64,000 nt of DNA from Spirochaetaceae bacterium (GTDB taxonomy: Bacteria > Spirochaetota > Spirochaetia > DSM-2461): contig OZ245056.1 in NCBI GenBank assembly GCA_965224705.1, positions 480,001 to 544,000 of the forward strand, read 5' to 3'. This document shows, piece by piece, positions 32,281 through 40,639 of the stretch. Made by a program: the position numbers and the translations under genes. Every line of letters starts with the position of its first letter. Position 1 is the first letter of the stretch. The notes under the pieces were generated by a model. That model ran no database searches. It was not told the origin of the DNA and worked only from the letters and a program-made list of their open reading frames with translations.

Positions 32281-32310
32281 AATGAAGGGGGATTTTGGTT
32301 CCCCTTCATT
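32281..32310 (+). terminator. Intercistronic hairpin
   Basis: aatgaagggg-N10-ccccttcatt followed by a T-rich tract. Confidence 0.5.
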
Positions 32311-32336
32311 TTATTTACCTTCTCCAGGAGTTTTAT

Positions 32337-33251
32337 TTGACCACTAGACGACGAAAAGACTTGCTTATATTTTTCGGATTCGTGACGCCCGGCCTTCTGG
32401 TGTACCTGTTTATCGTTGCCTATCCGGTAGTCTATTCTCTGGGATTGAGTTTTACCGATTACAATCCCAACAAGGGTGGGCAGTGGGAATTCGTGGGGAT
32501 GCTTCATTACAAAACGATGATCACCAACCCGATGTTCTGGCACTCACTTAAAAATAACATGATTGTTGTCGCCGTCTCGGTATTCGGCCAGATTCCCATC
32601 GGACTTATTCTTGCCTACATCCTGTTCAGGAAGATGGTCGGCTGCAGGGGAATTCTTCAGGCAATGGTGTTCCTCCCTCATTTTCTCTCGACAATTGTTA
32701 TCGGTACGATGTGGAAGCGAATATTTCAGGCGGACGGCCCGGTGTCCAGATTGATACAGATGATTTCAGGCGACCCCGGTGCTCAATTCGACCTCATGCT
32801 GAAAGCCAACACGGTGATGATTCCCATCGCCTTTGCCCTTATATGGATGTATACGGGATTGTACATGATAATCTTTCTTGCCAACATGCAGAAAATAAAC
32901 AACAGTATGATCGAATCGGCGAAAATTGATGGCGCATCTGAATCGCAGATCTTTTTCAGGATAATCGGGCCCCTCTTATCCGGAACAATTCTTGTTTCGA
33001 CGGTTCTGGCCATTGCCGGTTCACTCCGCGGATTTGATCTGATATTCGCCCTCACCACGGAGGGGCTGCAGCGGAACAACGCAATGGTTCTTCCTATTTT
33101 TATGTACCAGACCGCATTTCAGGATTACAGTAATTCCATGCGCTTTGCCTTTGGGTCGGCCATCTCCAATGCAATTGTATTCATAAGCATAGGACTTATT
33201 TTGTTTTCCAATTTTATCGGCAAACGGCTAAAAGCCGGAGAGGTGAGCTGA
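32337..33251 (+). CDS. Carbohydrate ABC permease
   Basis: ESAKIDGAS motif; TTG start after aggag. Confidence 0.88.
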   Translation: MTTRRRKDLLIFFGFVTPGLLVYLFIVAYPVVYSLGLSFTDYNPNKGGQWEFVGMLHYKTMITNPMFWHSLKNNMIVVAVSVFGQIPIGLILAYILFRKMVGCRGILQAMVFLPHFLSTIVIGTMWKRIFQADGPVSRLIQMISGDPGAQFDLMLKANTVMIPIAFALIWMYTGLYMIIFLANMQKINNSMIESAKIDGASESQIFFRIIGPLLSGTILVSTVLAIAGSLRGFDLIFALTTEGLQRNNAMVLPIFMYQTAFQDYSNSMRFAFGSAISNAIVFISIGLILFSNFIGKRLKAGEVS

Positions 33252-33252
33252 C

Positions 33253-34365
33253 ATGGGAACAGCGAAAACAATGAAACCGATCAACCTTTCACCGGTTCTA
33301 GGGAGAACTCTTTCATACATCATCTTCATCACCTGGGCGCTGATAACAATTCTCCCCCTTTTCTGGATGCTTTATTCTTCTTTTAAGTCGAACGAAGAGA
33401 TGACGAAGAATATCTATGCTTTTCCCCGGGCCCTCTTCGATAATCATGATGATGAATACGTTGTCATCAAACCCGACCTCAACACCATATTTCCCTATGA
33501 CCCCGATGCTGATACCCGGGAACGGCTAATTATCGAGTCGACAACCATCGCCCCGAGAAGAAGGCTGATGGTTCATTTTCTCCTAAAAGAAAAACTCCCC
33601 CAGGAAATTGCTCAGCTGGAAGTTGGCGGCAAGGTGGTCGTCTCTCAACTGCCGCCGGAGATGCGGCGAAGTATAAAATGGAAAACGGTTTGGTACAACT
33701 ATACATCCGCCTTTGTCAGAGGCGGATTATTGATGAAATTCGTCAATAGTCTTATCTACACAATTACATCAACCTTCCTGATCATACTCCTGAGCATGAT
33801 GATCAGCTTTGCCTTGAGTAAGATGAAGTTTCCCCTCATGTCAAAAATAATTACAGGGATTATCGGCTTAGGCTATCTCATCAGCATTCAGTCCCTGATA
33901 ATTCCCCTGTTTCTGCTGCTCTCCTCGGCGGGGCTTACCGACACCCACCCCGGCATTATTCTCGTGTATACGGCATTTGGAATGCCCCTGGCGGTATTAT
34001 TGACAACACAGTTTATGCGGGGATTGCCGGACAGCCTCATTGAATCGGCCTATATTGATGGGGCCTCACCCTTCCGGGCTTTTTTAAGCATCATTACGCC
34101 CATGTCTATTCCGGTGATTATTACCGTCTCCATTATTAGTGCCCTTGGCACCTGGAATGAATTCCTCCTGGTTCTTGTCCTTGCCAGTTCTGAAGCGACG
34201 AAATCGCTTCCCGTGGGTGTGTTTTCCTTTGCGAGCCTGACCAGCATTGAACGGGGCTGGCAAATGGCCGCGCTGGTGATCGCGACATTGCCCGCGATGC
34301 TTGTTTATTTCATCTTCAACAAGCAGTTGACCAGGGGAGTTGTCGCCGGGGCGGTAAAGGGATAG
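33253..34365 (+). CDS. Carbohydrate ABC permease with extended periplasmic loop
   Basis: ESAYIDGAS motif, WNEF, GAVKG end. Confidence 0.88.
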   Translation: MGTAKTMKPINLSPVLGRTLSYIIFITWALITILPLFWMLYSSFKSNEEMTKNIYAFPRALFDNHDDEYVVIKPDLNTIFPYDPDADTRERLIIESTTIAPRRRLMVHFLLKEKLPQEIAQLEVGGKVVVSQLPPEMRRSIKWKTVWYNYTSAFVRGGLLMKFVNSLIYTITSTFLIILLSMMISFALSKMKFPLMSKIITGIIGLGYLISIQSLIIPLFLLLSSAGLTDTHPGIILVYTAFGMPLAVLLTTQFMRGLPDSLIESAYIDGASPFRAFLSIITPMSIPVIITVSIISALGTWNEFLLVLVLASSEATKSLPVGVFSFASLTSIERGWQMAALVIATLPAMLVYFIFNKQLTRGVVAGAVKG

Positions 34366-34371
34366 ATAAAA

Positions 34372-36162
34372 ATGAAAAACCTCCTTCTTGTTCCCCATCC
34401 CAGGCGGCTGGAACGAACCGGCGGCAGATGCGCAATCGGAGGGAGAATGAAAGATGAAATAGATGCTTATATTTTGACCTCTCCCCTGCCGATGGGAATA
34501 AGAAATCTTTCCTCTCCGAGGCCGAGGCATGAGCAATGGCACCGGCTGACTCTTTCCGCTGCCGGTATTGAAATCGAATCAAACAACCAGCGGGGCACAT
34601 TCTATGCCATTCAGACGATAAAGCAGCTTCTCAGACAGGCAGAAGCAGGTAAAGATGGATCATTTATTCTTCCCTGTCTTATCATAGAAGACTGGCCGGA
34701 GTATTCCGTTCGGGGCGTGTCTCTGGACATCGCCCGCGACCGGGTGCCCACCATGGAAACACTTCACAGCCTCATCGATTTCTGGGCCGGGCTTAAGTAT
34801 AATCAATTGCAGTTGTATTCAGAACATGTCTTCGCATATAAGAATCATCCCACGGTATGGAAGGAGGCCTCACCGCTCAGGGCCGCTGAAATAAAAGAGC
34901 TGGATGCATACTGCCTGGTCCGGGGGATTGAACTGGTGCCGAATCAGAACTCGGTGGGCCACATGGAGCGGTGGCTGAAGCATCCTGAGTATTTTCATCT
35001 GGCCGAAACCCCCGAAGGATTTACCGATGAGCATGGTGTTTTTTACTCCGCCTCATCTTCATTGTCTCCGGCGGTTCCCGAAAGCCTCGACTTCCTGGGT
35101 GATCTCTATGACGAGCTCCTGCCCAATTTTACCAGCCTGCAATTCAACATCGGGGGAGATGAGCCCTGGGAACTCGGGCAGGGCAGGGCTGCCGATCTAT
35201 GCGCAAAATATGGGAAGGGGCGGGTTTATTTTGAGTTCCTTAAAAAAATCCATACCCTCGTCCGGGAGAGGGGAAGAAAAATGCAGTTATACGGGGACAT
35301 CGTTCTTCGCTATCCTGATTTGATAAGAGAACTTCCAGAAGATATCACCATTGTAAACTGGGGCTATGAGGCGGACCATCCCTTTGAAAAAGAATGCAAG
35401 CAGATCGGCAGAACGGGATTACCCTTCTATGTTTGTGCCGGTGCTTCCTCCTGGAACTCCATCGGGGGACGCTGGAGAAACGCTGAAACCAATATCATTA
35501 CCGCGGCGGCGGAGGGGAAGAAGAATAATGCCGAAGGTTTCCTTATTTCCGAGTGGGGCGATAACGGGCACTGGCAGCAGTATTCCGTGGCGGTTCCGGC
35601 ATACCTGGCTGCCGCAAGCATATCCTGGAATCCTAAGGGCTACCGCTCCGAGGATCTGGAGGCAAATCTTGGCCTCCACTATTTCGGAAATACCGAAGCC
35701 TCCCGTGCCTTGATGATTCTTCAGGATGTTTGGGATAATCCGGTGAAACTCCTGCATAATGCCTCAATTCAAGGGGCGGCCCTTCTGGATCCTGTATTCC
35801 CCTATCATCAGAAGGATTTCACCGCTTTTCAAAACTATGATTTTGAACGTGAGTTTGGGCTTATTGAAGAGGCTCAAACCGCCTTACGAGGGGGAGGCGG
35901 CAGTGCTGTTTTAGAAGATGAGATTGCCTTCACCGCCCGGCTGTACTACCACGGCACCAAGCTGTGTAAAAACCGTTTCGCGGCTCAGGGATTATCGGTT
36001 CATGAAATCCCAGGGGAAATACGCAAAGAGCTTTCGGCCGACCTGGCCGGGATTATCGAGTGGTATGAATCTCTATGGCTGCATCGGAGCCGTCCCGGAG
36101 GATTGGAAGACAGCGTGAAGAGGATGAAGAAATTACAGAACCAATACGGGATTGCGGAATGA
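34372..36162 (+). CDS. GH20 beta-N-acetylhexosaminidase
   Basis: IEDWP...RGVSLD, NSVGH, NIGGDE catalytic motif, WGDNGH. Confidence 0.85.
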   Translation: MKNLLLVPHPRRLERTGGRCAIGGRMKDEIDAYILTSPLPMGIRNLSSPRPRHEQWHRLTLSAAGIEIESNNQRGTFYAIQTIKQLLRQAEAGKDGSFILPCLIIEDWPEYSVRGVSLDIARDRVPTMETLHSLIDFWAGLKYNQLQLYSEHVFAYKNHPTVWKEASPLRAAEIKELDAYCLVRGIELVPNQNSVGHMERWLKHPEYFHLAETPEGFTDEHGVFYSASSSLSPAVPESLDFLGDLYDELLPNFTSLQFNIGGDEPWELGQGRAADLCAKYGKGRVYFEFLKKIHTLVRERGRKMQLYGDIVLRYPDLIRELPEDITIVNWGYEADHPFEKECKQIGRTGLPFYVCAGASSWNSIGGRWRNAETNIITAAAEGKKNNAEGFLISEWGDNGHWQQYSVAVPAYLAAASISWNPKGYRSEDLEANLGLHYFGNTEASRALMILQDVWDNPVKLLHNASIQGAALLDPVFPYHQKDFTAFQNYDFEREFGLIEEAQTALRGGGGSAVLEDEIAFTARLYYHGTKLCKNRFAAQGLSVHEIPGEIRKELSADLAGIIEWYESLWLHRSRPGGLEDSVKRMKKLQNQYGIAE

Positions 36163-38663
36163 ATCGCGTCGATCTTTCCGGCTCCTGGGAACTCATCGGT
36201 GACGAACGCAGTATCCGAGTGCCCATTGAGCTTCCCGGCGACAATTACACAGCTTTGGCCAATGCCGGAATAATTCCCGATCCGTATTTCGGACAAAATG
36301 AGCTATCCTGCCAATGGGTTGGACAAAGCGACTGGATTTTCAGGCGCTCCTTTTCATTAGATGCTGATTTTATTGACTCGGGGAATGTCTATCTTCACTG
36401 CGATTCCCTTGATACCTTCGGTACAGTCAAAATCAACGGGAAAACAGCGGGGGAGTCCTGGAACGCGTTCACCCCATTTCGGAAAACGGTTACGGAATTG
36501 CTCTTGCCTGGAGAGAATACGATCGAGGTTTTGATTCGTTCGGCCGAGAATGAGGCCGCCCTCAGAGAAAAACGTCTGGATTATCCCGTGCCTCATAGTC
36601 ATTATCCTGTTCAGTCCCCCCACCGCAACCTTGTGCGAAAAACCCAGTGTCACAGCGGCTGGGATTGGGGCCCCTGCCTGATGGCAAGCGGGCTGTATGG
36701 GGATATTTATCTGCAATCCGTCCCCGGGGTCCGTGTCGATTATTTTCACGGGGAAACTCTAAACCGGGAGGGAAGGTGGTTGGTCAATTCAACTCTGGAA
36801 GTTTTTTGTTATGACCCCGGTGAGAGGCTCCTCGATATTTCCCTATCGGAAGAACCGGACAGGGGGGATGAATTGGGGAAGAACCCTGACCTGAATTTTG
36901 GAATTCCGAAGGTTAGTGAAAAGGTCAATCTAAAAAAAGGTATAAATACACTTTCCTATTCCTTTCCGGTGGAAGATCCCCGGCTGTGGTGGCCGAATGG
37001 TTTTGGCGGGCAGCCTCTGTATGCCCTGAAGATGGAACTGCAGGGTGAAACTTTAATACAGCGAATTGGTTTTCGAACGATTGAAATAAAAGCCGAGTCT
37101 GATGACTCTGGCAAGAGTATGGTGTTTTCTGTAAACCGCCGGGAGATATTCTGCAAGGGGGCGAACTGGATTCCTCTGGATGCCCTGCCCGGCAGGAAAA
37201 ATGATGACCGCCTTGAGGCTCTTCTTTCTGATGCGGTTTCGGCCAACATGAACATGCTCAGGGTATGGGGAGGGGGAAGTTATGAATCCGAGCGGTTTTA
37301 CCAGGCCTGTGATGAAAAGGGGATACTCCTATGGCAGGATTTTATGTTTTCCTGTTCATGTTATCCCGGGCATACTGATTTTTTGACTGAGGTTGAAGAA
37401 GAAGTCCGGCACCAGGTGAAGAGGCTGAAATTCCATCCCTCCCTGGCTCTCTGGTGCGGCAACAACGAATGCCTTGGAGCCCTGACCTGGTTCAAGGAAA
37501 GTCAGCAGAACCGGGATAAGTATCTTGTGGATTATGACCGGCTTTACGAGGGCGTTATCGGGAAGGCTGTGAGGGAAATTGACCCAAACAGGAAATGGTG
37601 GTCCAGTTCACCATCGGGAGGCCCCGCGGATTATTCCGACTGCTGGCACAATGATACCAGGGGGGATATGCATTATTGGAGTGTATGGCACGAAGGAAGG
37701 CCTTTTGAAGCGTACTACGATGTGACACCGCGATTTTGCTCCGAATTCGGCTTTCAGTCATTTCCTTCCATGGACACCCTGTCCTCATTTGTGCCGGCGG
37801 GTCAATACAATCTCACCTCACCGGTGATGGAACACCATCAGCGGCACCCCCGGGGGAACGCGGTGATCATTGAAACTCTTTGCCGCTATTTCCGGTTCCC
37901 GGAAAAGTTTGAACATTTTCTGTATTTAAGCCAGGTTCAGCAGGCATTGGCGATGCAGACCGCAATCGATTACTGGCGCAGCAGCCGTCCAGTCTGTATG
38001 GGAACCCTTTATTGGCAGCTGAATGATGTCTGGCCGGCGGCTTCCTGGTCGTCGGTGGAGTATTCCGGCAGATGGAAGCTGCTCCATTACGTTATAAGGC
38101 GTGCGTATGATCCGGCTGCCATAGCCGTGTTTATAAAGGACGATTTTCTTCAAGTATGGGGATTAAACGATTTGGCCGGATCGATTGGAGGCGAACTGGA
38201 GTTGTCATACATCGATTTCCAGGGACGGCCTGTTTCGGTGGTACAGAAAAATGTTACGCTGAATGCCGAGTCGGCCGTCAGAATGTACACTGCTGAACTG
38301 AGTGGTCTGCCTGTTCAAAAAGATCGGGGATTTTTCCGGGCACGATTTCGCGGCGGTGATATAAAGCGGGAGAGCAGTATTTTTTTGACTCTTCCCAAAG
38401 AATGTTCTATTGAGTTGCCCAATATAAAATTCACGGCGGATGAAGAAAAAGACGGCAGAATAAGAATATCTTTATCGACGGACAAACCCGCATTTTTTGT
38501 GTCCCTTGATTCGGGAAGTATCCGGGGGGTATTTTCGGACAACTGCTTTCCTATGTTTCCGGGAGAGGAAAAAACCGTGGTGTTTACTCCAGGGCAGGGG
38601 GGGTCAATTGAAGAATTTAAATCGGAACTGACGCTGAATCATCTTCGAAAAACGTATAGCTGA
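36159..38663 (+). CDS. GH2 beta-mannosidase-like glycosidase
   Basis: GWDWGP, KGANWIP, MLRVWGGG, WCGNNE, SEFGFQS, YWQLND. Confidence 0.9.
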   Translation: MNRVDLSGSWELIGDERSIRVPIELPGDNYTALANAGIIPDPYFGQNELSCQWVGQSDWIFRRSFSLDADFIDSGNVYLHCDSLDTFGTVKINGKTAGESWNAFTPFRKTVTELLLPGENTIEVLIRSAENEAALREKRLDYPVPHSHYPVQSPHRNLVRKTQCHSGWDWGPCLMASGLYGDIYLQSVPGVRVDYFHGETLNREGRWLVNSTLEVFCYDPGERLLDISLSEEPDRGDELGKNPDLNFGIPKVSEKVNLKKGINTLSYSFPVEDPRLWWPNGFGGQPLYALKMELQGETLIQRIGFRTIEIKAESDDSGKSMVFSVNRREIFCKGANWIPLDALPGRKNDDRLEALLSDAVSANMNMLRVWGGGSYESERFYQACDEKGILLWQDFMFSCSCYPGHTDFLTEVEEEVRHQVKRLKFHPSLALWCGNNECLGALTWFKESQQNRDKYLVDYDRLYEGVIGKAVREIDPNRKWWSSSPSGGPADYSDCWHNDTRGDMHYWSVWHEGRPFEAYYDVTPRFCSEFGFQSFPSMDTLSSFVPAGQYNLTSPVMEHHQRHPRGNAVIIETLCRYFRFPEKFEHFLYLSQVQQALAMQTAIDYWRSSRPVCMGTLYWQLNDVWPAASWSSVEYSGRWKLLHYVIRRAYDPAAIAVFIKDDFLQVWGLNDLAGSIGGELELSYIDFQGRPVSVVQKNVTLNAESAVRMYTAELSGLPVQKDRGFFRARFRGGDIKRESSIFLTLPKECSIELPNIKFTADEEKDGRIRISLSTDKPAFFVSLDSGSIRGVFSDNCFPMFPGEEKTVVFTPGQGGSIEEFKSELTLNHLRKTYS

Positions 38664-38821
38664 ATCGCTATTGAGTTAGCCGAAAGAATACATGCATGGG
38701 GGTAGGTGTAGAGGGCAATCGCACCTAAAAAGACATCAAGCAGGTGAATTGCCAGGTAACAATCCGTTTTTTATGGAACGCATGATTTCAAGAACCCTAC
38801 AGACCGGTAGAATATGTCAAC

Positions 38822-38926
38822 TGGAACTTCTTCCCAGTGCGCTTGTGGATTGCCTTTCACAGCCACTACAATCCGGGCTATAGCGATCGCTATTGGAGCC
38901 TTCGCTTCGTGTTGAGGACCAATTAG
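38822..38926 (+). pseudogene. Orphan DGR variable-repeat fragment (family A)
   Basis: Aligns codon for codon to the 3' end of 39026-39982 and ends ttgaggaccaattag. Confidence 0.8.
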
Positions 38927-39025
38927 TTTTATGGTATCTTGAAGAACGAGAAGGCCCTCACTCCGATTTGACATTCTCCCCTTAAGGACGCTAAAGTCAG
39001 TAATCCAGACAAACAGGAGAAAAAA

Positions 39026-39982
39026 ACGAAAAAACTGAAAAGCCGCCCCAAAAAATACATTCCCATAGCCATCCTGCTATTCCTGCCCCTGCTCAGTGCC
39101 GCCAGCAGCCGCCCGCTTAGCGCGCATGCCCGCCTCCGCCAGGCCCCGCCCGCCGTACCTGCCCACAGTCCGGCGGAAAACGCTGACATAACACTGACCT
39201 CGTGGGATGACTGGGATGACTGGGATGACTATGACTGGGAAGCAGTGGGAATGGTCTATGTGGAAGGCGGCAGTTTCCAGATGGGCAGTACCGACAGTGA
39301 TGCTGATTCGGATGAAAGCCCGGTGCACAGCGTAAGGGTGGATTCGTTTTACATGGCTGAAACGGAAGTGACATTTGATCAGTATGACGCATACTGCGAT
39401 GACCAGAGAATCAGTAAGCCCGACGATGAGGGCTGGGGCCGGGGAAGCCGTCCGGTGATCTATGTGAGTTGGTATGACGCAGTGAAGTACTGCAACTGGC
39501 TGAGTGAGCAAGCTGGCCTACCGAAGGCGTATAGCATAAGCGGCACAAGTGTAAACTGGAATCAGAATGCCGAAGGCTATCGTTTGCCAACGGAAGCCGA
39601 GTGGGAGTACGCGGCGCGGGGGGGAAAGCATTCCCGGGGATATAAATATGCCGGGAGTAACAATGTTGGCGAAGTTGGGTGGTATTCTGGAAATTCCGGA
39701 GGGAAAACCCATCCGGTTAAGGGTAAGAAGGCCAATGAGCTGGGGCTGTATGACATGAGCGGGAATGTGTGGGAATGGTGCTGGGATTGGTATGATTCGG
39801 ATTACTATTCCATTTCACCTGGAGGCAATCTCACAGGGCCGTCAAGCGGGTCCTACCGCGTGATTCGCGGCGGCAGTTGGGGCCTCAATCCGGAGGGCTT
39901 GCGGGTTGCCGCTCGCGGCGGCAACAGTCCGGGCTACAGCAACCTCCTTTTGTGCTTTCGCCCCGTTTTGAGGACCAATTAG
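39026..39982 (+). CDS. FGE-sulfatase/CLec-fold DGR target protein; start codon ACG instead of ATG
   Basis: RLPTEAEWEYAARGG, GLYDMSGNVWEWCWD, RGGSW. The upstream frame matches 44920 but caggagaaaaaaATG has become ACG. Confidence 0.85.
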   Translation, partial: TKKLKSRPKKYIPIAILLFLPLLSAASSRPLSAHARLRQAPPAVPAHSPAENADITLTSWDDWDDWDDYDWEAVGMVYVEGGSFQMGSTDSDADSDESPVHSVRVDSFYMAETEVTFDQYDAYCDDQRISKPDDEGWGRGSRPVIYVSWYDAVKYCNWLSEQAGLPKAYSISGTSVNWNQNAEGYRLPTEAEWEYAARGGKHSRGYKYAGSNNVGEVGWYSGNSGGKTHPVKGKKANELGLYDMSGNVWEWCWDWYDSDYYSISPGGNLTGPSSGSYRVIRGGSWGLNPEGLRVAARGGNSPGYSNLLLCFRPVLRTN

Positions 39983-40140
39983 TTTTTGGTTTTTTACCTT
40001 TTTACCTTATTCGCATCCTGTCCCCATAACAGGGGCAAACAGATTTGTTCCGCTTTGTTTTGGTAGTATTGCGTCGTCAATGTGAAGAATTGGAGCGGAA
40101 CTTTTTTTTCAAATACCCGAAAGTAAAGAACAAGATATCT

Positions 40141-40275
40141 ATGCCATTTGAAATAATAACGATACATTACAATCCTGTTACAGACTCTTTTCATTCGGAT
40201 GAATTGAACAAATTCTGTCTGAATAAAAGGATTATACACAGGGAAACGGCGTTTTTTACAACGGAAAGTCAGTCT
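40141..40275 (+). pseudogene. N-terminal remnant of HRDC-type DGR accessory gene
   Basis: MPFEIITIHYNPVTDSFHSDELNKFCLNKRIIHRETAFF resembles the ELNxF N-terminus of these proteins (compare ELNKFL at about 46242). Confidence 0.55.
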
Positions 40276-40348
40276 CTTGCCGCTGTCTATGGCCTTAGAG
40301 CCGGTTTCGGCATCAAAGGAAGTGGTCTTTTCGCCTAAAAGCAGCATT

Positions 40349-40615
40349 AAACCGCAGAGATCACAGAGCTGCGCAGAGAGATATGAAATAAAAAGATTGA
40401 TCAATAATTACCTTGAACACTCTGCGCTCTCTGCGTCCTCTGCGGTTAAAAAACAAGGAATAAGGTATAAACCGCAGAGATCGCGGAGCGGCGCAGAGAA
40501 ATATGGCATAAGTAAAGATTAGTGAATAATTACCTTGAACTCTCTGCGTCCTCTGCGGTTAAAAACCATGAATAAGGCCTTGAATAATCTCCGTGAACTC
40601 CGTGCCTCCGTGAGA
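40349..40615. repeat. Cluster of aaccgcagag/ctctgcggtt REP-like repeats (also about 18163-18191, 44713-44855, 48250-48280)
   Basis: Repeated inverted motifs ctctgcgtcctctgcggtt / aaccgcagaggacgcagag. Confidence 0.8.
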
Positions 40616-40639
40616 GAATTTCTGTAAAGTCCAGTCGGA

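Noticed and set aside
40349..40615. ctctgcg repeats as CRISPR
   Set aside because: Alternating orientation, degenerate and irregularly spaced; REP-like
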